DNA of 64,000 nt. It comes from Geosiphon pyriformis uo1. Taxonomy: Eukaryota > Fungi > Glomeromycota. Positions 50,115 to 64,000 of this stretch are shown here, in pieces. The stretch is from assembly GCA_016748015.1 (NCBI GenBank), contig JAAOMT010000168.1:76190-140189 (forward strand), read 5' to 3'. The notes under the pieces were generated by a model that was not told where the DNA came from, searched no databases, and saw only the letters and a list, made by a program, of their open reading frames with translations. Position 1 is the stretch's first letter. Each line of letters begins with the position of its first letter. A program made the translations under genes and the position numbers.

Positions 50115-53100
50115 TTGATTTTGTCTGAAAAATTGTAACATATAATATAAAAGATATGAAAAATCCTGCAAAACAAGAGAATATTGTGCAATAGCATAAA
50201 GACATAAACAATCTGATCTCAATTTTTATGAAAACAAAGTTAAAAAAAAATGTATGTTTATGGATTGTCAACAAATTTGATGGCATTTGAATGTTTACTT
50301 CTGGTTTGGATTCTGGATATCTGGGTGCTAGAGTTGTGGTCATTATGAGTTTTTCTTTGGCAAAACATGTGTACAAAGTTTTCAAAGTGCCTGGCTGGCT
50401 TTTATTCATAAAATTACTTTTCAAAAATAAACTTTCTGTGTTAAATTTGGGGCTTTATGCTAGTGTTTTTTTGGCAGTTTGGTTCTATTAGGCTGATGAT
50501 ATCAATTTTTTTATTGCAAAGACTGTTAATGAATCTTTTTTTATCATTCTTGGTGGTAATTTTAATGAAGATGGTTCTCATAAATATGCAAGTTTTAAAA
50601 AGTGCCTCAATTTGGAACTGGTTAATTCTTTGGTTAGAAGTCTGATTGTAAAAATGCCCACTTGGGTGAATTCTAGAGGTGTTATAAAAACGATTGATTA
50701 CATGTTTGTTTCTTCTAATCTGGTCAATGCAATAGTATATTGCAATGTTTTGGAAATCGGTAAGCATTTTGACATGGATTACCAAGCTGTTTTTCTGTCT
50801 GTGGGTTTGGATAAAATTTTAAATACGCAATTGAACTCTTTTTGCAAACAAGTAAACAAAAACAGGTGGAAGTTTGATTTCAAAAATGCTGATAAAAATA
50901 AATGGACTGATTTTAAGAATGCCATACTAGCCAATACAACTATGTTCCTAAACGAGTTTGTTGTCTCTACAAGGTCTTCAGATTTGGATGCAATGTGGTA
51001 TGTCATTCACAGGATAATGATTCTTTTGGCTAGTGGGGTTTTTAAGAAAAAATGATTTAAGGACTTTGATAGTGTTTTTACCAAAGAATTTTCAAGATTT
51101 CATAAGTTGAAACTTTTGGTTTCTAAAATTGTTAAGGCCTCTCATAAGGAGAGTATTGTGAATTTTGTTTTCTTTATGAAATGCTGGGATTCTTTGAACA
51201 AGGTCAAGGCTTTGGTCATTTAAGATCTAGTGAATTTTAGTATAGACTCTAATCATGTTTGTTTTGCTCTCTTTGGTACCAGAAAGTCTTATCATGCATC
51301 CAAGTTTGCTAAGTCTTTGAAAGCTAAGAAGATGAATATTAGATCTGCCATTGATAAGAGGATGGAAAGCTTTGAAGTAAATAAAGGTCATACAATAAAG
51401 AGTGTGTTAGAGTGTTTGTTTTGTAAAGTGGTGCTTGACCATTTGGTTGTTAATAATAAACTAATTCTGGGACCTGAGTTGGTTAAGTCTAAGGTAGATG
51501 TAATTATGAAAGGTTGGACTAGGAAGCATCAAGTGGTTGATGACATCACTGATAAATAGTATCATTAATATTAGCTTTTGGAGTATGTTTTTAATGAAGC
51601 TTTTTCTGGAATAATGTGTTTGATCAGTTTTAATGAATTGTTTGGTGTGGTTTTCAATCTGCCAGAAGGCAAAGCTGCCAGTTTGTTGGATATCTCAAAT
51701 GAGCTTTGGAAACATTATAATAAGTCAGTACTGGATATGCTTTTAGTGCTTTTAAACTCTTATTTGTCTAGTGAGTTGGTGCCAGGTTTGTGGAAAGAGA
51801 CTTGGGTCTTAATAATTCCCAAATTATATGAATAAGAGGGTGTTCTGACAAATACTCATTCCATTACTTTAATTGAAACAGCCCAAAAGATTCTTTCCAA
51901 AATTCTGTCTGATAGGATTTCTTCAGCATGCAGTGCTTATAGTGTTCTTCATAAAAACAATTTTTCAGTTTTAAAAAGTACAATGACTTAGTCTTTTATT
52001 TTTGTGATTGGTTTAGTGGTTAAAAATGCTTTGGAAAAGAACTAAGAGCTCTGGCTAGTTTTGCAAGACATGCAAAAAACATATGATTTGGTTAGCTGAG
52101 AGCATCTTAAGAAAAGTTTGATTAGGATTAAAATGTACAGCAAATTCATTTATTTTTTTGATAGTATTCACAAGGATTATATTAACTGAGTTATAACAGA
52201 TTTTGATTTAACAGATGGATATTTTGTTCATGATAATTTAGATCAGGAAGAAGTTTTTTCTTCTCTTCTGTAATACATATTTTATAATTCTCTGCTGTGT
52301 GAAGTCAAGCATCAGAAAAGTGTGTGTGGGTATAGATTGAACTCTCATTTTGTTTTCAGAAGTGATTATATTGAATCCCAAACAGGACTTTCTTTTTTTT
52401 TGCTGCTGGTGCTTTCATTAATGATATAATTTGGGTTGGTAGCAGTCAGATTGCTACTCAACATATTCTTAATATTGCCAGTAAATTTTTTCAGATCAAT
52501 GATATCTCAATTAAATAATGATAAAACAGTGGCTATTTCTATTAATTGCAGAGTTAGCAGTTCTTCTCTTTTAATTAGTGATTCACCTATCTCTATCACC
52601 AAAAAGAGAGAATCTTATCAGTATCTGGGTATTTTTCTTTCAACTGAGGGTCTTATGAAGCCTAGTTTGGCCAGGGCATATTTGGACATTCATTTTTTCA
52701 TCAATCTGGTTCTAAAAAAAGCTGTCTCAAATAAACAGTTTTTATATTTGGTGTTAATAGTTCTCCAATCCATAGTTAACTATAGAATACAGTTTAGCTT
52801 TGTTTCAATTAGTGTGTACAACAGATGAAATGCTCTGATTCATAAAGACTTAAAGCTTAAATCTGGTCTGCCATCTGATTTTTTCAGTGATACAATTCAC
52901 CACTCTTCATTTTATGGTCTAAAGTCTTTTTCAAAAGTTCAGTCTGAGTGTAAGGTTGCTTTTTTTATTGGTTTTGTAAACTCTGGTGAAATTTTGGGTT
53001 ACTGGTTTTCTCACAAATCTCATAACTTGCAAGTTCAGTATTGGCATCTTGTTTATCTATTAAGTTCTTCTGTTCATATTTATGTCAGTGCTTCTAATAA

Positions 53101-54794
53101 CTTTTTGGTGGGCATGATCTGTATTCTTCTTGATTGCAATTTGTTTTTGAATGGCTTTTTAGCCAATTTTTTCTGATTTTGCAGTAGAGTGTTCATGTCT
53201 ACTGTTCTAGATAAGTCAAAATTTTTTAAGTTTTTCTCTTTTCTCCGAAGGTATGACATTGCTTTTGTGGATCAACTTCATGATTGTTATGGTACTGTCT
53301 TTAATTGGTATACTTTTAAGCAGTGAAAAAAACTGGATCCCCATGGTTTTATTCCTAAATGGTTTAAGCTTTCTGTTGTGTTTTTTGATGATGTGATTTC
53401 TTCTCCTACTGGTTCTTCAGCTTTGAGTGGTGTTGGTTTTTTAAACATACTTAGGTCTAGTGATTATGCTTGTGTTTGTAATCATCTTTCTTGGGTTGGC
53501 TCTAGTTGTTTATCTGTATACATAGATGGATCTCTGAAGAAGTTGGGCACAGCTGGCTATAGAGCTGGTGCTACTGTTTTCTTCAAGAACATTGATATGA
53601 GTTTGGGCATTGGTATATTGGGTTTGATGTCATTCACTCTGGTAGAACTGCAGGCTATTGTATTGGCTCTTAAGTGTGTCTTTTATCTAGTTCTGTTCAC
53701 TTGTTTTTAGATAGTCAATTTGCTTTGGATACTTGTAAATTAGAATTTAGTCTTGTGTGTCCTAATTTCTGCAATCAGTGTTAGATTGAGCATCAGCATA
53801 TTGTTAATATCATTTGTAGTAAGAATTTGAGTATCAATTGGCACAAGATTAAGGGTCACTTTGGTGTTTCTGGAAATGAGCACACTAATGTAATAACTAG
53901 TGCTGCTTCTTTTTCTGGTTGGCGTTTTTCTTTTTGCTTGGATAAACGTTTTATAGTGGCTGATGATGTTGTTGTTTCAAGCAATTTTAGACACTTTGTT
54001 TGTGATATTTATTGCTCCATTTGTTATGCATGTTGGGAGATTGGTTTTAGTTCTAAGTTTTTAACAAGTAATCTGCTTTCTGAGATTGATTGGCCCTGCT
54101 CTTTACTGGTGTGGCATCCTGATTTGCATATGGCTGTCAGTTTTATCAGCAGGCCCTCAGCTAATACATATACTTCATGAAAGCTTTGTATTGTTGGCTG
54201 CCTATTGCTGTTCAGAAATGCTTTTATAACAGATATTATGTTAGTGTGTTGTATTTATATTGTGACAATGTGGAGATTTCAAATCATATATTTTTTTATA
54301 AGGTTAACAATTCTGTTTATCATCAGATATTAGACTTTTATATGGTTTCTTGGAAGACTCTTTCTGGTTTTTCTTATTTATTTTCAAGTGTGTTACAACT
54401 GTTGTCATCTTGTGTTTCTGGTTCCTCAGTCTTTATGGCTCTTTATAAGAATTTTGTTTTTAATAATTGGTTTTGTAAAACTGTTTCCATATTTTATGAT
54501 CACAAGGTTGCTGGCTTAAAAGTTGTTAAGTTTGTGTGCTTTCTTGGTTTCATCTTTAAAAATAATATTTGGCTGGTTCGTGCTAAACATTGTGTCTATA
54601 TAGAGAAGGCCAAATTGATTTTATTAGATGGTTCAGCTTTAGTGTTAGTTTCTGGTTTGGCTTTGGGTTTTTCTGCTGGTGTAGTTAAGTTGCTTGGCAT
54701 TACTAAGGCTATGGGCATTTGTTTTGGTTTTTGCAAATTTTGTTTATTTTTTTCTGGTATAGGTAATTTAGTTTTGGTTTATATAGCTGCATAG
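50111..54794 (+). pseudogene. LINE ORF2 (APE-RT-RNase H)
   Basis: GGNFNE, TIDY, LQDMQKTYD, YIDGS, WHKIKGHFGVSGNEH, VWHPDLHM. Confidence 0.92.
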
Positions 54795-54950
54795 TGGTGT
54801 TCTGATTGGTTTGAGTGGCTAGTTACTTGTAGAAAATACATAATTCATGCCTAGTATATAATTATTTCTTTGATGTATAGCATTAGGCTGTGTTTGGGCC
54901 TTACTCGTTAAATGTTAATATAAAAAAAATAATAATAATAATATAAAAAA

Positions 54951-57900
54951 TCTTTTTCTTGTTGATCCTTCAGTCACAACAAGAGCAAAATATTGCCAAA
55001 GAAATATTTGTTTTTATTCTCTGTTCTCTCTATTTTTTTAGCTATTTCTTTAGACATACTTTTATTTATAGATATAGAACTGGTAAGCTCTGTTGCTAGT
55101 AGTTTTGGGTTTGTTTCTACTGAGTTAGAAACCTGGCCTAATGTCAAAAAGAAAAGGGTAAATAGTGTGTACTCTTGCAGTATGTCCTACAAAAAGCTTA
55201 AGAATTCTAAGGTTAGCATTAATTTAATTGATTTGTTTACTGGCCTGCTAAGCCTGGCTGATATTGACAACATTGATGATAAGTTTTCAAAGTCTTGAAA
55301 TAGCAAAATGAAAAGCAAAGCAAGTAGTATAAGTAGTCTGTCAAACTTAAAGAACATAAAAAATGCTGTTGCTAAGAAAATTAGTTATGTTGACTTGGAC
55401 ACTTCAGTAGTCAATAACATAGAAAACAATACTACATCTAGAAAAATATGCATTCACACATACATGTTAGATCAATTTCTAAAAACTTTTTTGTTTAATA
55501 TTTTGAGTGATAATAAAGATACTATGGTTTTTCCATTTTGCAAGTTTGCAGGCTCTAAAAAATTGCACTTGGTTGAATTATGTGCATTGAAAAAGAAAAT
55601 TTTCTATCCAGTTAAGTTATTTGTCTTACCTGACAAAACTATTAGTAACAAGTTAATTGCTATAAAAAAAATTTTCATTCAAGTTAACAGTTTTAGGGAG
55701 GTATCTGCTCCCTCAAAATTTCCTGGCTTCATTAGATCTTTTTTTACTTCCGAATTTAGTTTAATTAAAGCCAAAGAAATAGCTATTAGTAAAAAAATTT
55801 TGGTAAATGATAAGGTTAAAAAACCAAACAATCAGTCAGATCAGGAAGTGATTGTTAAGAAAATTCCAGTTGATTTCCTCAAATTAACTGTGGAATCAGT
55901 TTTTTCCAAATTTGGCAAGATTGTTTCAAATAAATTGCAATTGATTGGTCTTTGGCAAAAGATCTTAGTTGAATTTAAATTATCTAATATTGCCAGTTTG
56001 GTTGCTTTTAAATAGTTAATATTTATAAGAAAAGACTCCATACATATGGCTTTGGCAGTTGAAAATAAACAATCTTAAATTTCAAAAGATCAATATTGGG
56101 CTTTATTGTATACTCTTCTAATTGGCATAACAATTTATAATTTGTCTAAACTGTTGGTATTATATGATAGAAAAACTTGTTTCATTAGCCATAATCCAGT
56201 TACATATATTTATGATAAATACACTGTGATTTGTTTTAGTAATAAGACATCCAAATTAGCTGCTGTTAATTCTGTTCTATCTTCAAAGGTGTAAATTTGT
56301 GTTGGGCTAGTCTTTTTTTGACTTGTTGTGCTAGTTGTAAACAATTTGGTCATGTTTTTGTTAATTGTTTAGTGGATAAAAATTCTGGTGTTTGTGGTAA
56401 ATAGGTGGTAACTTCTCAAGATTAGATCTATCTGGCCAATATTTATAAGAAGAAACAAGCACTTATCTCTTATCTAATTTTTTTTAATAGCAAAACTTGG
56501 GCCCAGATTGCTGGTGGCTCTTTTTTTCATATGGTCTTATTGGATTCTTTTGGTGTTGGTTTGTTTTTAGATGTGAAACCTATCTCATTGGTTTCTAGTT
56601 TTCTCAATGTTTTTTGTTTAACTGATCATTTGAATTTTTTGGAGCACTCTTTGGAGCTGTTGATTGACCAAGTGTTTAGTATTTTGAAGAAATTAAGTTT
56701 TGTTGATTTGGTGCCTTTGGTACTCTTTTTTTATACTTCCTCTTTAATTTTTTCTGAGTCTTTGGTTTTGAGTTTAAATGTGAATATGACTTTAGATGGT
56801 ACATTAATGTTATTTGCTCCCCCTTTCTCAGTTGTTGATGATATGATTGCAGATTTCAGCTTAAGTAGTTTTAGGGTGTTAACTTTCAAGGTGGGTGGTT
56901 TGGAATCGAAAATAATAGCTTTAAAAGTGTCAGTAAATTTGGTTTTGGACAGATTGGATTGATTGTGTTCTGATCTGGGTTTGTTGGCTCTCACTACATC
57001 TCAATAAATAATCTGATTTGGAGGTTTGCTACATGTAATGTTCAGAGTATTAATATTCCTGCCAAGCAGAAGAATGTTTTTTATTAGCATATGAGTTCAG
57101 ATAATATGGTATCTTTTATTATGGAAACCAAGTTACATTCTAGTATTAAACTATGAATTGCTAATAAATTTAAGAGTGTGTGAATTTTTATGTTTAGTTT
57201 AAAAAACGGTTTTTTTGGTGCTAATATAGCCATTATTATGGATAATTCTTTAACTTATCATGTTTCTAAGATGAAAAAAATTTCTGGTCAGATTATTTCA
57301 ATGTGGTTTTTGTTCAAAGACAAGCTTTTGATTACAGTTCTGGGTTTGTATACTGGTGTTTTATCCAAAGTTAAGTTTAGACAGATTTTGAAGGTGAACT
57401 TTTTTATTACAAAGACTGTCAACTTCAGCATTTTTGTGGTTTTAAATGGTGATTTTAATGAAAATGGGTCTAGAAGGAGTGCAAGTTTCAAGTTTAATTT
57501 GGATTTGGGTTTGGTCAATTCGTTTTTTGGTCATCATTTAGCCAAAGTTTCTATGTAGAGCAATTCAAGAGAGGTTAAAAAGACTATTGATTATATTTTT
57601 GTTAGTAGAAATTTGTCTTCTACTGTTATTGGTCATAAGGTTGGCTCTGTTTCTAGTTTCTTCAACACTAATCATAAAGCTGTTATAGTGTCTATCAACT
57701 TGGATGAACTTTTGAATATTCATCTAAATAGCTTATATAAGCAGGTTAACAAGAACTATTAGAAGTTTAAGATTAAGAATGCAAATAGTGCCAAATAAGC
57801 AGAATTTAGAGAGTATTCTATGGCTAAGTTGTTAACAGTAAAAGGTAAATTCTTAGTAGTAAAGATTTGTAGGGATTTAAATACAATATAAAAGTTGTTA

Positions 57901-60900
57901 GAGAGAGTGATGATAAGATCAGCCAATAAAATATTCTCTAAATATTAGTATAATATATGTTAGTGTTTAAAAAACAAACAATCTTTAAAATTTCTTAGGT
58001 TAAAATTATTAGTTGGAGTGTTTTACTAGAAAATAATCAACTCTGAATTTTGATAAGGCTCATAAGATTATAGACATGATTTAACATAATGAAAAGTTAA
58101 TGAATATTCTTAAGCATTTGTCAATGGTCCAGAAGAAATACAGGAAGTCCAAGCTTTATGAGCCAAAATTGGCTAAAGAGACATCTATTAAGAAGATAAT
58201 TAACAGATACATAGAGGGCTTTTGTTTGAATAAGAAAGACATGATAAAGAGTATTTTGACAAGCCTTTTTATAAAATGGTTTTAGATTATTTAATAGTAA
58301 ATAACGAGTTGGTTTTGAAGCCAAATAAGATAAAGTACAGTCTTGATAGGATTATGGAGAGTTGAACAAGAAAGTAAAAAGTGCCTTTGGTATTGTCTAA
58401 TCTCTGGGCTTACTATTAAATCATGTGAGAAATGATGCTTTTTTTGGTATGATATGCTCTATTAGTATGAGTAATTTGCTTTTGGTTGTTAATAGTCTAC
58501 CTGATGACAAAGCTGTTGAACTGTTTGGCATTCCTAATAAACTGTGAAAACATGGTAATAATAAAGTTTTGGAATAGTTTTTGATGCTGTTGAATATATG
58601 TTTAGCTGTTGGTAGTGTTTCTGCTTTATGGAAGAGAACATGAGTTTTAATGATTTCTAAATCTTATGACTAGAATAGGATTCTTATAAACACTTAATTT
58701 ATAGCTTTGATTGAAACTGTTAAGAAGATTCTCTTTAAAGTTTTGTTTAATTATATTTCATTTACATATAGCAAGTTTGGTATTCTTTATGGTGATAACT
58801 TTTCAGTATTAAAAGATATGTTTACACAGTCTCTTGTGTTTGCTGTTGGATCAGTAATTAAAAATGCTATCAAAAAAAATAGGGAACTTTGGTTGGTCTT
58901 ACAAGATATGCATAAAGCATATAATTCTATTAGGTGGTATTATTTGAAAGCTAGCTTACAGCAAATCAAGATGTATAATAGATTCATAAGATTTTTTGGC
59001 AGCATACATGAGAATAAGATCAACAAAGTAATGACTGATTTTAGCCTGTTAGATAACTATAAAGTGCATGATGGTTTGAATCAAGATGAAGTCTTTTTGT
59101 CTCTTCTTTAAAAGATCTTCTATAATCTGCTTTTGTGCGAAGTTAAGAGACATGAACAATTGTGTGAGTATTGGATTAATACTAAGTTTGTTTCAAAAAT
59201 GAGCAGGATTAAGAGTAATGATAAGATGACTTTTATTTCACAGCTAGTGTATTTGTTGATAACATAATTTAGATTGAAAACTGTCAGACTACTAATCAAT
59301 ATACTTTAAACATTGCCAATAAGTTTTTTGATATCAATGATATTTTTATTAACAATAAAAATATGGTGGCTATTTCAATTAATCAGAGAGTTAAAATTGT
59401 TTCTTTGAATATTGGTGGTCAGCTAATTTTAATTGTCAGAAAAAACAAAGTAGATTATTATTAGAGAATTTTTTTGTCTACCAAAGAATTATTCAAGCCA
59501 AGTGTTTTTAAGGCTTATTCTGATGTTTAGTTCTTTGTTAACATTGTTTTTAGGAAGATTATTACAGATAATCAATTCTCATATTTAATGTCAGCTGTCT
59601 TGTAGTTTATAATTGGCTACCAAATTCAGTTCAATTTTGTTTTAGTTAACATGTATTGCAAATAGGATGCCATGATTAGAAAGAGTCTCAAAATTAAGGC
59701 ATGTCTGTTTCATGATTTTTCTGATACAGCTCTATATTATCTCTTTTTATATGACTTAAAATCTTTTGAACAAATGCAATCTGAAAGGAAAATGGCTTTA
59801 TTAATGTCTTTTTCTAATACCTTAGGCATTCTTAGACAATTATTTAATCATAAATTCTTAGATTTGCAGGTTTTGGGATAGATTTTTTTGAATTTTTTGT
59901 AATTTCCTATCAAGTTACATATTAGTTCAATGAACAATTTTTTAGCTGGAATGGTAAAGATTTTTTTGAGCAGTAAGTTTTTTTTAGCAAACAATCTTTC
60001 CAATGTTTTTTTTAGTTCTGATTAGTTTCTGATATTAATGATCCTTAGAAAGACTTTGTATTTTAACTCTATTTGTTCTCTAAAACATTTTGGAATTGCT
60101 TTTGGCAATCAATTTGTTGATAAGAAAAGCAGTATGTTAAATTAGAAGACTTTTTGTTGTTAGAAAAAACTGGATTTGTAAGGCCTTGTTTCTTGTTAGT
60201 TTGGATTACATCTAAGTATTTGCTAAGTTAAATTTCATTTCTATCTGACTGTGGTAACTTTGCTTAGTTACATGGTTTGAAAATTCTGGAGTTTGGTAAG
60301 CTGTCTGCTGTAAAAAATAGTTTGCACAAGATTTGGTTTGGTTTTTTTGAAGTATATATAGATAATTTATTGAAAAGTGCTGGCTCTGCCAATGTTGTTA
60401 GTAGTATAGCTGCATACTTTCTGGTCTTAAATATGAGTGTTAGTGTTGCTGTTTGTGGTTTTTTGTCTTTTATCATAGCCAAGTTGTAAGCTGTTGCTTT
60501 GTCCTTAGAATGTGTCTTATCTTTTAGTACAGTAGTATTGTATCTTAACAGCCAAGCTGCTATCAATACATGTGTATTGAAGTTGATGTTTGCTATGCCT
60601 GATTTTTGTAACTAGTATTGGATTGAGAGACATTATATTTTTAATTTGATTAGAAATAAAGATCTAACTGTAAATTGGGTCAAGATTAAGGGCCATTCTG
60701 GGATTGCTGGTAATATAAAGACTGATTTTGCAGCTAAAATGACTGTGTAATCTCTTTTTTTATTGCTGACTAATGTGCAAAAGTGTTTTTTGGTGGCTGA
60801 TAACACAGCTGTGTTTAATAGTCCCCATCATTTTGTTAAGGATATATTTTGGTCTATCTGTTGCACTTGTTAGGAGGCTGGCCTTGGCTGCAGTGTAATT

Positions 60901-61768
60901 CCAGATATGTTAATCAAGTGTGTAGACTGGATTTCCACTGCAAAGATATGGCACTTTGATTTTTATATGCTTATTGGATTTACTAGTTAAAAGTCTTTCA
61001 ATTTGAGCATGTATTTAATGAAAGCCATATACAATAACTGGTAGTAGTCAAAAAAAATTGTATAATAAAAGTTACCTTGATGTGCTGTGTTTGTTGTGTG
61101 GTAAAATGGAGTTTTTAGATTACACTTTTATTTGTGTTCAGAATGTTGTTGTTTATAGTAAGATTTTGGTTAAGGCTTTTACATAATGAACTGCTTTGAC
61201 TAGTGTTTATGATTTGTCTTTTTTTGCCATTTTGCAGGTTTTTTTTCAATGCTCTTTAAATGCTGGCTTGTATACTATAGTGTATAAAAAGTTTGTGTTA
61301 AAGAAGTAGTATAAGAAGGCTTTTGGTATTTTTGAGAATAGAAAGAAGACTGCTGCTATGGTTGTCAAATATGTGAGATTTGTTGTGGAATTGCATCATA
61401 TTAGGACATGATTGGTAAGATTTGAACACAGAGTGAAAATGGAGAAGATTGGTTTGACTTGTGATAGTAGTATGGTTTCTGAGCTGTCTTATAGTATGTT
61501 CTTGATGTTGTCTAATGGGGTAGTTAAGTTGCTTGGTATTGTTAAGTTTTTTGCTGTTAGCTTTGGTTGTCGCAAGCCATGTCATTTTTTTTCTGGTCTA
61601 GATGACAATATACAAGTTAATATAGGTGTATAGTGTTGCCTTGTTTGGTCTGAATAGCTAGCCATATGTAGTAAGTATATAAGTTACATTTAATTTGGGT
61701 CACTTAGTTTGGTTCTATATAGTAGATAGTAGTTGGACTTTACTTATTAAATACATAAATAAAAATAA
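54951..61768 (+). mobile_element. Near full-length LINE copy 4, head-to-tail with copy 3, decayed
   Basis: 5' motif TTGATCCTTCAGTCACAACAAGAGC; ORF1 ~55074-57007; ORF2 57004-61633 (NGDFNE, LQDMHKAY, WVKIKGHSGIAGN); 3' UTR and tail. Confidence 0.95.
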
Positions 61769-61782
61769 AATAATAATAATAT

Positions 61783-61785
61783 AAA

Positions 61786-61816
<31 letters not shown>

Positions 61817-61822
61817 TAAAAT
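61783..61822 (+). repeat. (TAAAAA)n / (TAAAA)n simple repeat after LINE tail
   Basis: Directly visible. Confidence 0.85.
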
Positions 61823-61879
61823 ATTTAAATATTATTAAATATAAAAGCTAATTATTATTATTATTTTATTTTTTAAAAA

Positions 61880-62950
61880 AGTTTTTTTTTATTAGAAATT
61901 TTACAAATGCAGCCCAACCACTATCTAAATACATAAAATCAAACAAGATTTTAAATTAAGTATGGCTCATGTGTTTTCTATACATAACTAGTCACTTGGA
62001 CCAGTCAAAACAGTACTATGTACCTAAAAAATTTGTTAAAAAAACACCACTTAAGAAATCAAAGCCCAAACCAAATAAATAAAGACACAAACCAAAGCAC
62101 ATATAAATATTCAATCTGATACCAAAACTGTAGATGATTTTAATGAGTTAACAAGACAACAAACCAGTAATTAATGATACAGCAAATCTATTACATAGTA
62201 AAAAATTGTGTTTTTCATAAAAAAATTTCAATTTGGCAGCAGACAACTAAACACTAGATTTATAACTTTCTAATAACACTACAAACTAACTTGATAACCA
62301 AACTGCCATCAGATACAGAGCCAAAATAATATATAGCTTTAACCACCCAGCTTTTCAAGACAAACTTTTTGGCCAATATCTTATACAAATTACCAGACAA
62401 TTCAGTCTCATATAAGGACTAGACAATTTTATTTTTTACAACAAAATTATTAATCAGCATACACTATTCCATACTAGTGTTTAATAATAAATTCTTTCTG
62501 GTATTGCCATCATGTGCACATAAAAACAAGTAATCAGAATTCTCAACTATTTCATACCTAATGCATGTTACACTAAGATACTTAGGATCATACAATCTCT
62601 TTCTTATGATGACCAACAGGTAATGATACAAAGTCTTTATTATATAAGACTACAGAGAAGCTAAAGATAAACTGGTATAACCAGAATGAATCTTGCTATT
62701 AAGATGCCAAATACTAAAGGATTTGACTATATCAACATTATTGACAACACTCATATTCATAATACTAACAAAAAAGTTTTTAATAAATTTAATTAAAAAA
62801 ATATTATAAATAATATAAATTTTAGTTGAATGTTTATTTAGAAACAAGTTTCAAAAGTTTTATTTATTATATTAATTTTTAATAAAAAAACAAATTAAAT
62901 AAAAAGACAAAAATCAAGTTTAATAAAGTTTAAATTATTTTTTTTAAACA
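61880..62950 (-). mobile_element. LINE 3' fragment of a more distant subfamily (ORF2 C-terminus, 3' UTR, A-tail)
   Basis: SIWHLNSKIHSGYTSLSLASL (cf. VWHPDSHMAAGFTS); minus-strand 3' UTR TAGTACTGTTTTGACTGGTCCAAGTGACTAGT; right boundary uncertain. Confidence 0.85.
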
Positions 62951-64000
62951 ATATTTTTTTGATTATTGTAATAAATATAAATAATTATTTATATAATTAA
63001 AAAAAATTAAATTTAACAACTTTATAAAAACTATTTTTATGTTATAAATTTGAGTAAATAAATAACAAAAAAATTATTAAAAATAATAAAAATAATATTT
63101 GTAAAAATAATATTTTTAAAATTTTACTTATAAAAATTAATTTTAATTAATTTATAGTTAAATTTGTTAGTGTTTAATAATTTAAATTATTTTTTTATTA
63201 ATAATAGTTTATATTTAATATTAAATTTAAATTATTATTATTATTTTGTTGTTTAAAAATTTACAAAACTATAATATATGTCTTTTAAATAATAAAAATA
63301 ATAAATTAATAATAAAAAAAAATATAAATAATAAATAATTTTGTAAAAAATATTAAATATTAATGTAAAAGTTATTGAACTTAAATATATAAATATGTTT
63401 AAAATAAAAAATTAAATAAGCATTTAAATAAAAAATTGTTAAATACTTAAATAAAATAAAAACAAATAGTTTTATTAATTTATATAGCTTAATATAAGTT
63501 TAAATTATTGGTCATATATAAAAAATGTGTAAGTAATATTTTTGTTACATATTTTAAGTTTTAATTAAATTATATTTAATTAATACATACAAATAACATT
63601 ATTAAATTTGTTTTATTTATAAATTAAAATATATAAACTTATTTAACAAGTTTAAAATTAATATAAAGTTACATATATATATGCAAAATAATAATAAAAA
63701 TATATTTAATACTGGTTTAATTTTTTCTAATTTTAAAACTTACAATTATTTTTATTTTAAAATAATAAAACGAATTTTATTCAATATTAAAATATATAAA
63801 ACAATAATAATCTTAATTTAACAAAACAAAAATAATTTAATGAATATTTCATAATACAATAATTATTAAAAAAACAATTATATTATAGAGTAAAAACTCC
63901 TGTAATTTAACAAAGGCGGGTTTGTTACCTAAATAGTAAATTTATACTGATAAATCAAAGATCTGAAACGTCATTGACACGAACCAAACATATATTAGGC

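Larger units (their letters stand above)
48050..54930 (+). mobile_element. Full-length LINE copy 3 (~6.9 kb), decayed
   Basis: 5' motif, ORF1, ORF2, 3' UTR, A-tail; flanked by AATAATAATATAAAAAA on both sides. Confidence 0.96.

Noticed and set aside
1-64000. Alternative genetic code or organellar DNA to explain frequent stops
   Set aside because: TGA, TAG and TAA all occur at different positions in different copies, replacing W, Q and R codons, which indicates mutation rather than recoding

Overview
Eukaryotic, very AT-rich, essentially gene-free transposon graveyard. The element proteins resemble, from my recollection and not from a search, repeats of Glomeromycotina fungi such as Geosiphon. 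Almost every base belongs to nested, decayed mobile elements: (i) four long + strand non-LTR retrotransposons (ORF1 with CCHC knuckle; ORF2 with APE endonuclease, RT, RNase H and a Cys motif) plus three more eroded LINE relics; (ii) ORF1-only 'half-LINE' elements that share the LINE 3' end; (iii) at least three Ty3/Gypsy families, including one structurally complete copy (35563-45720; LTRs, PBS, PPT, 4-bp TSD, dUTPase); (iv) a hAT DNA transposon end. No intact CDS, RNA gene or host gene is supported. Main points of interest: a Gypsy 3' LTR that is almost entirely a ~1.75-kb palindrome; Gypsy elements with a three-ORF layout (gag-PR-[dUTPase]-RT-RH stop / free-standing integrase / unknown ORF3 ending at the PPT); a conserved integrase C-terminal PxVx[I]-like motif; ORF1-only LINE parasites sharing a 3' stem-loop; two LINEs stacked at one target site; and pervasive C>T/G>A decay with few indels that looks RIP-like.
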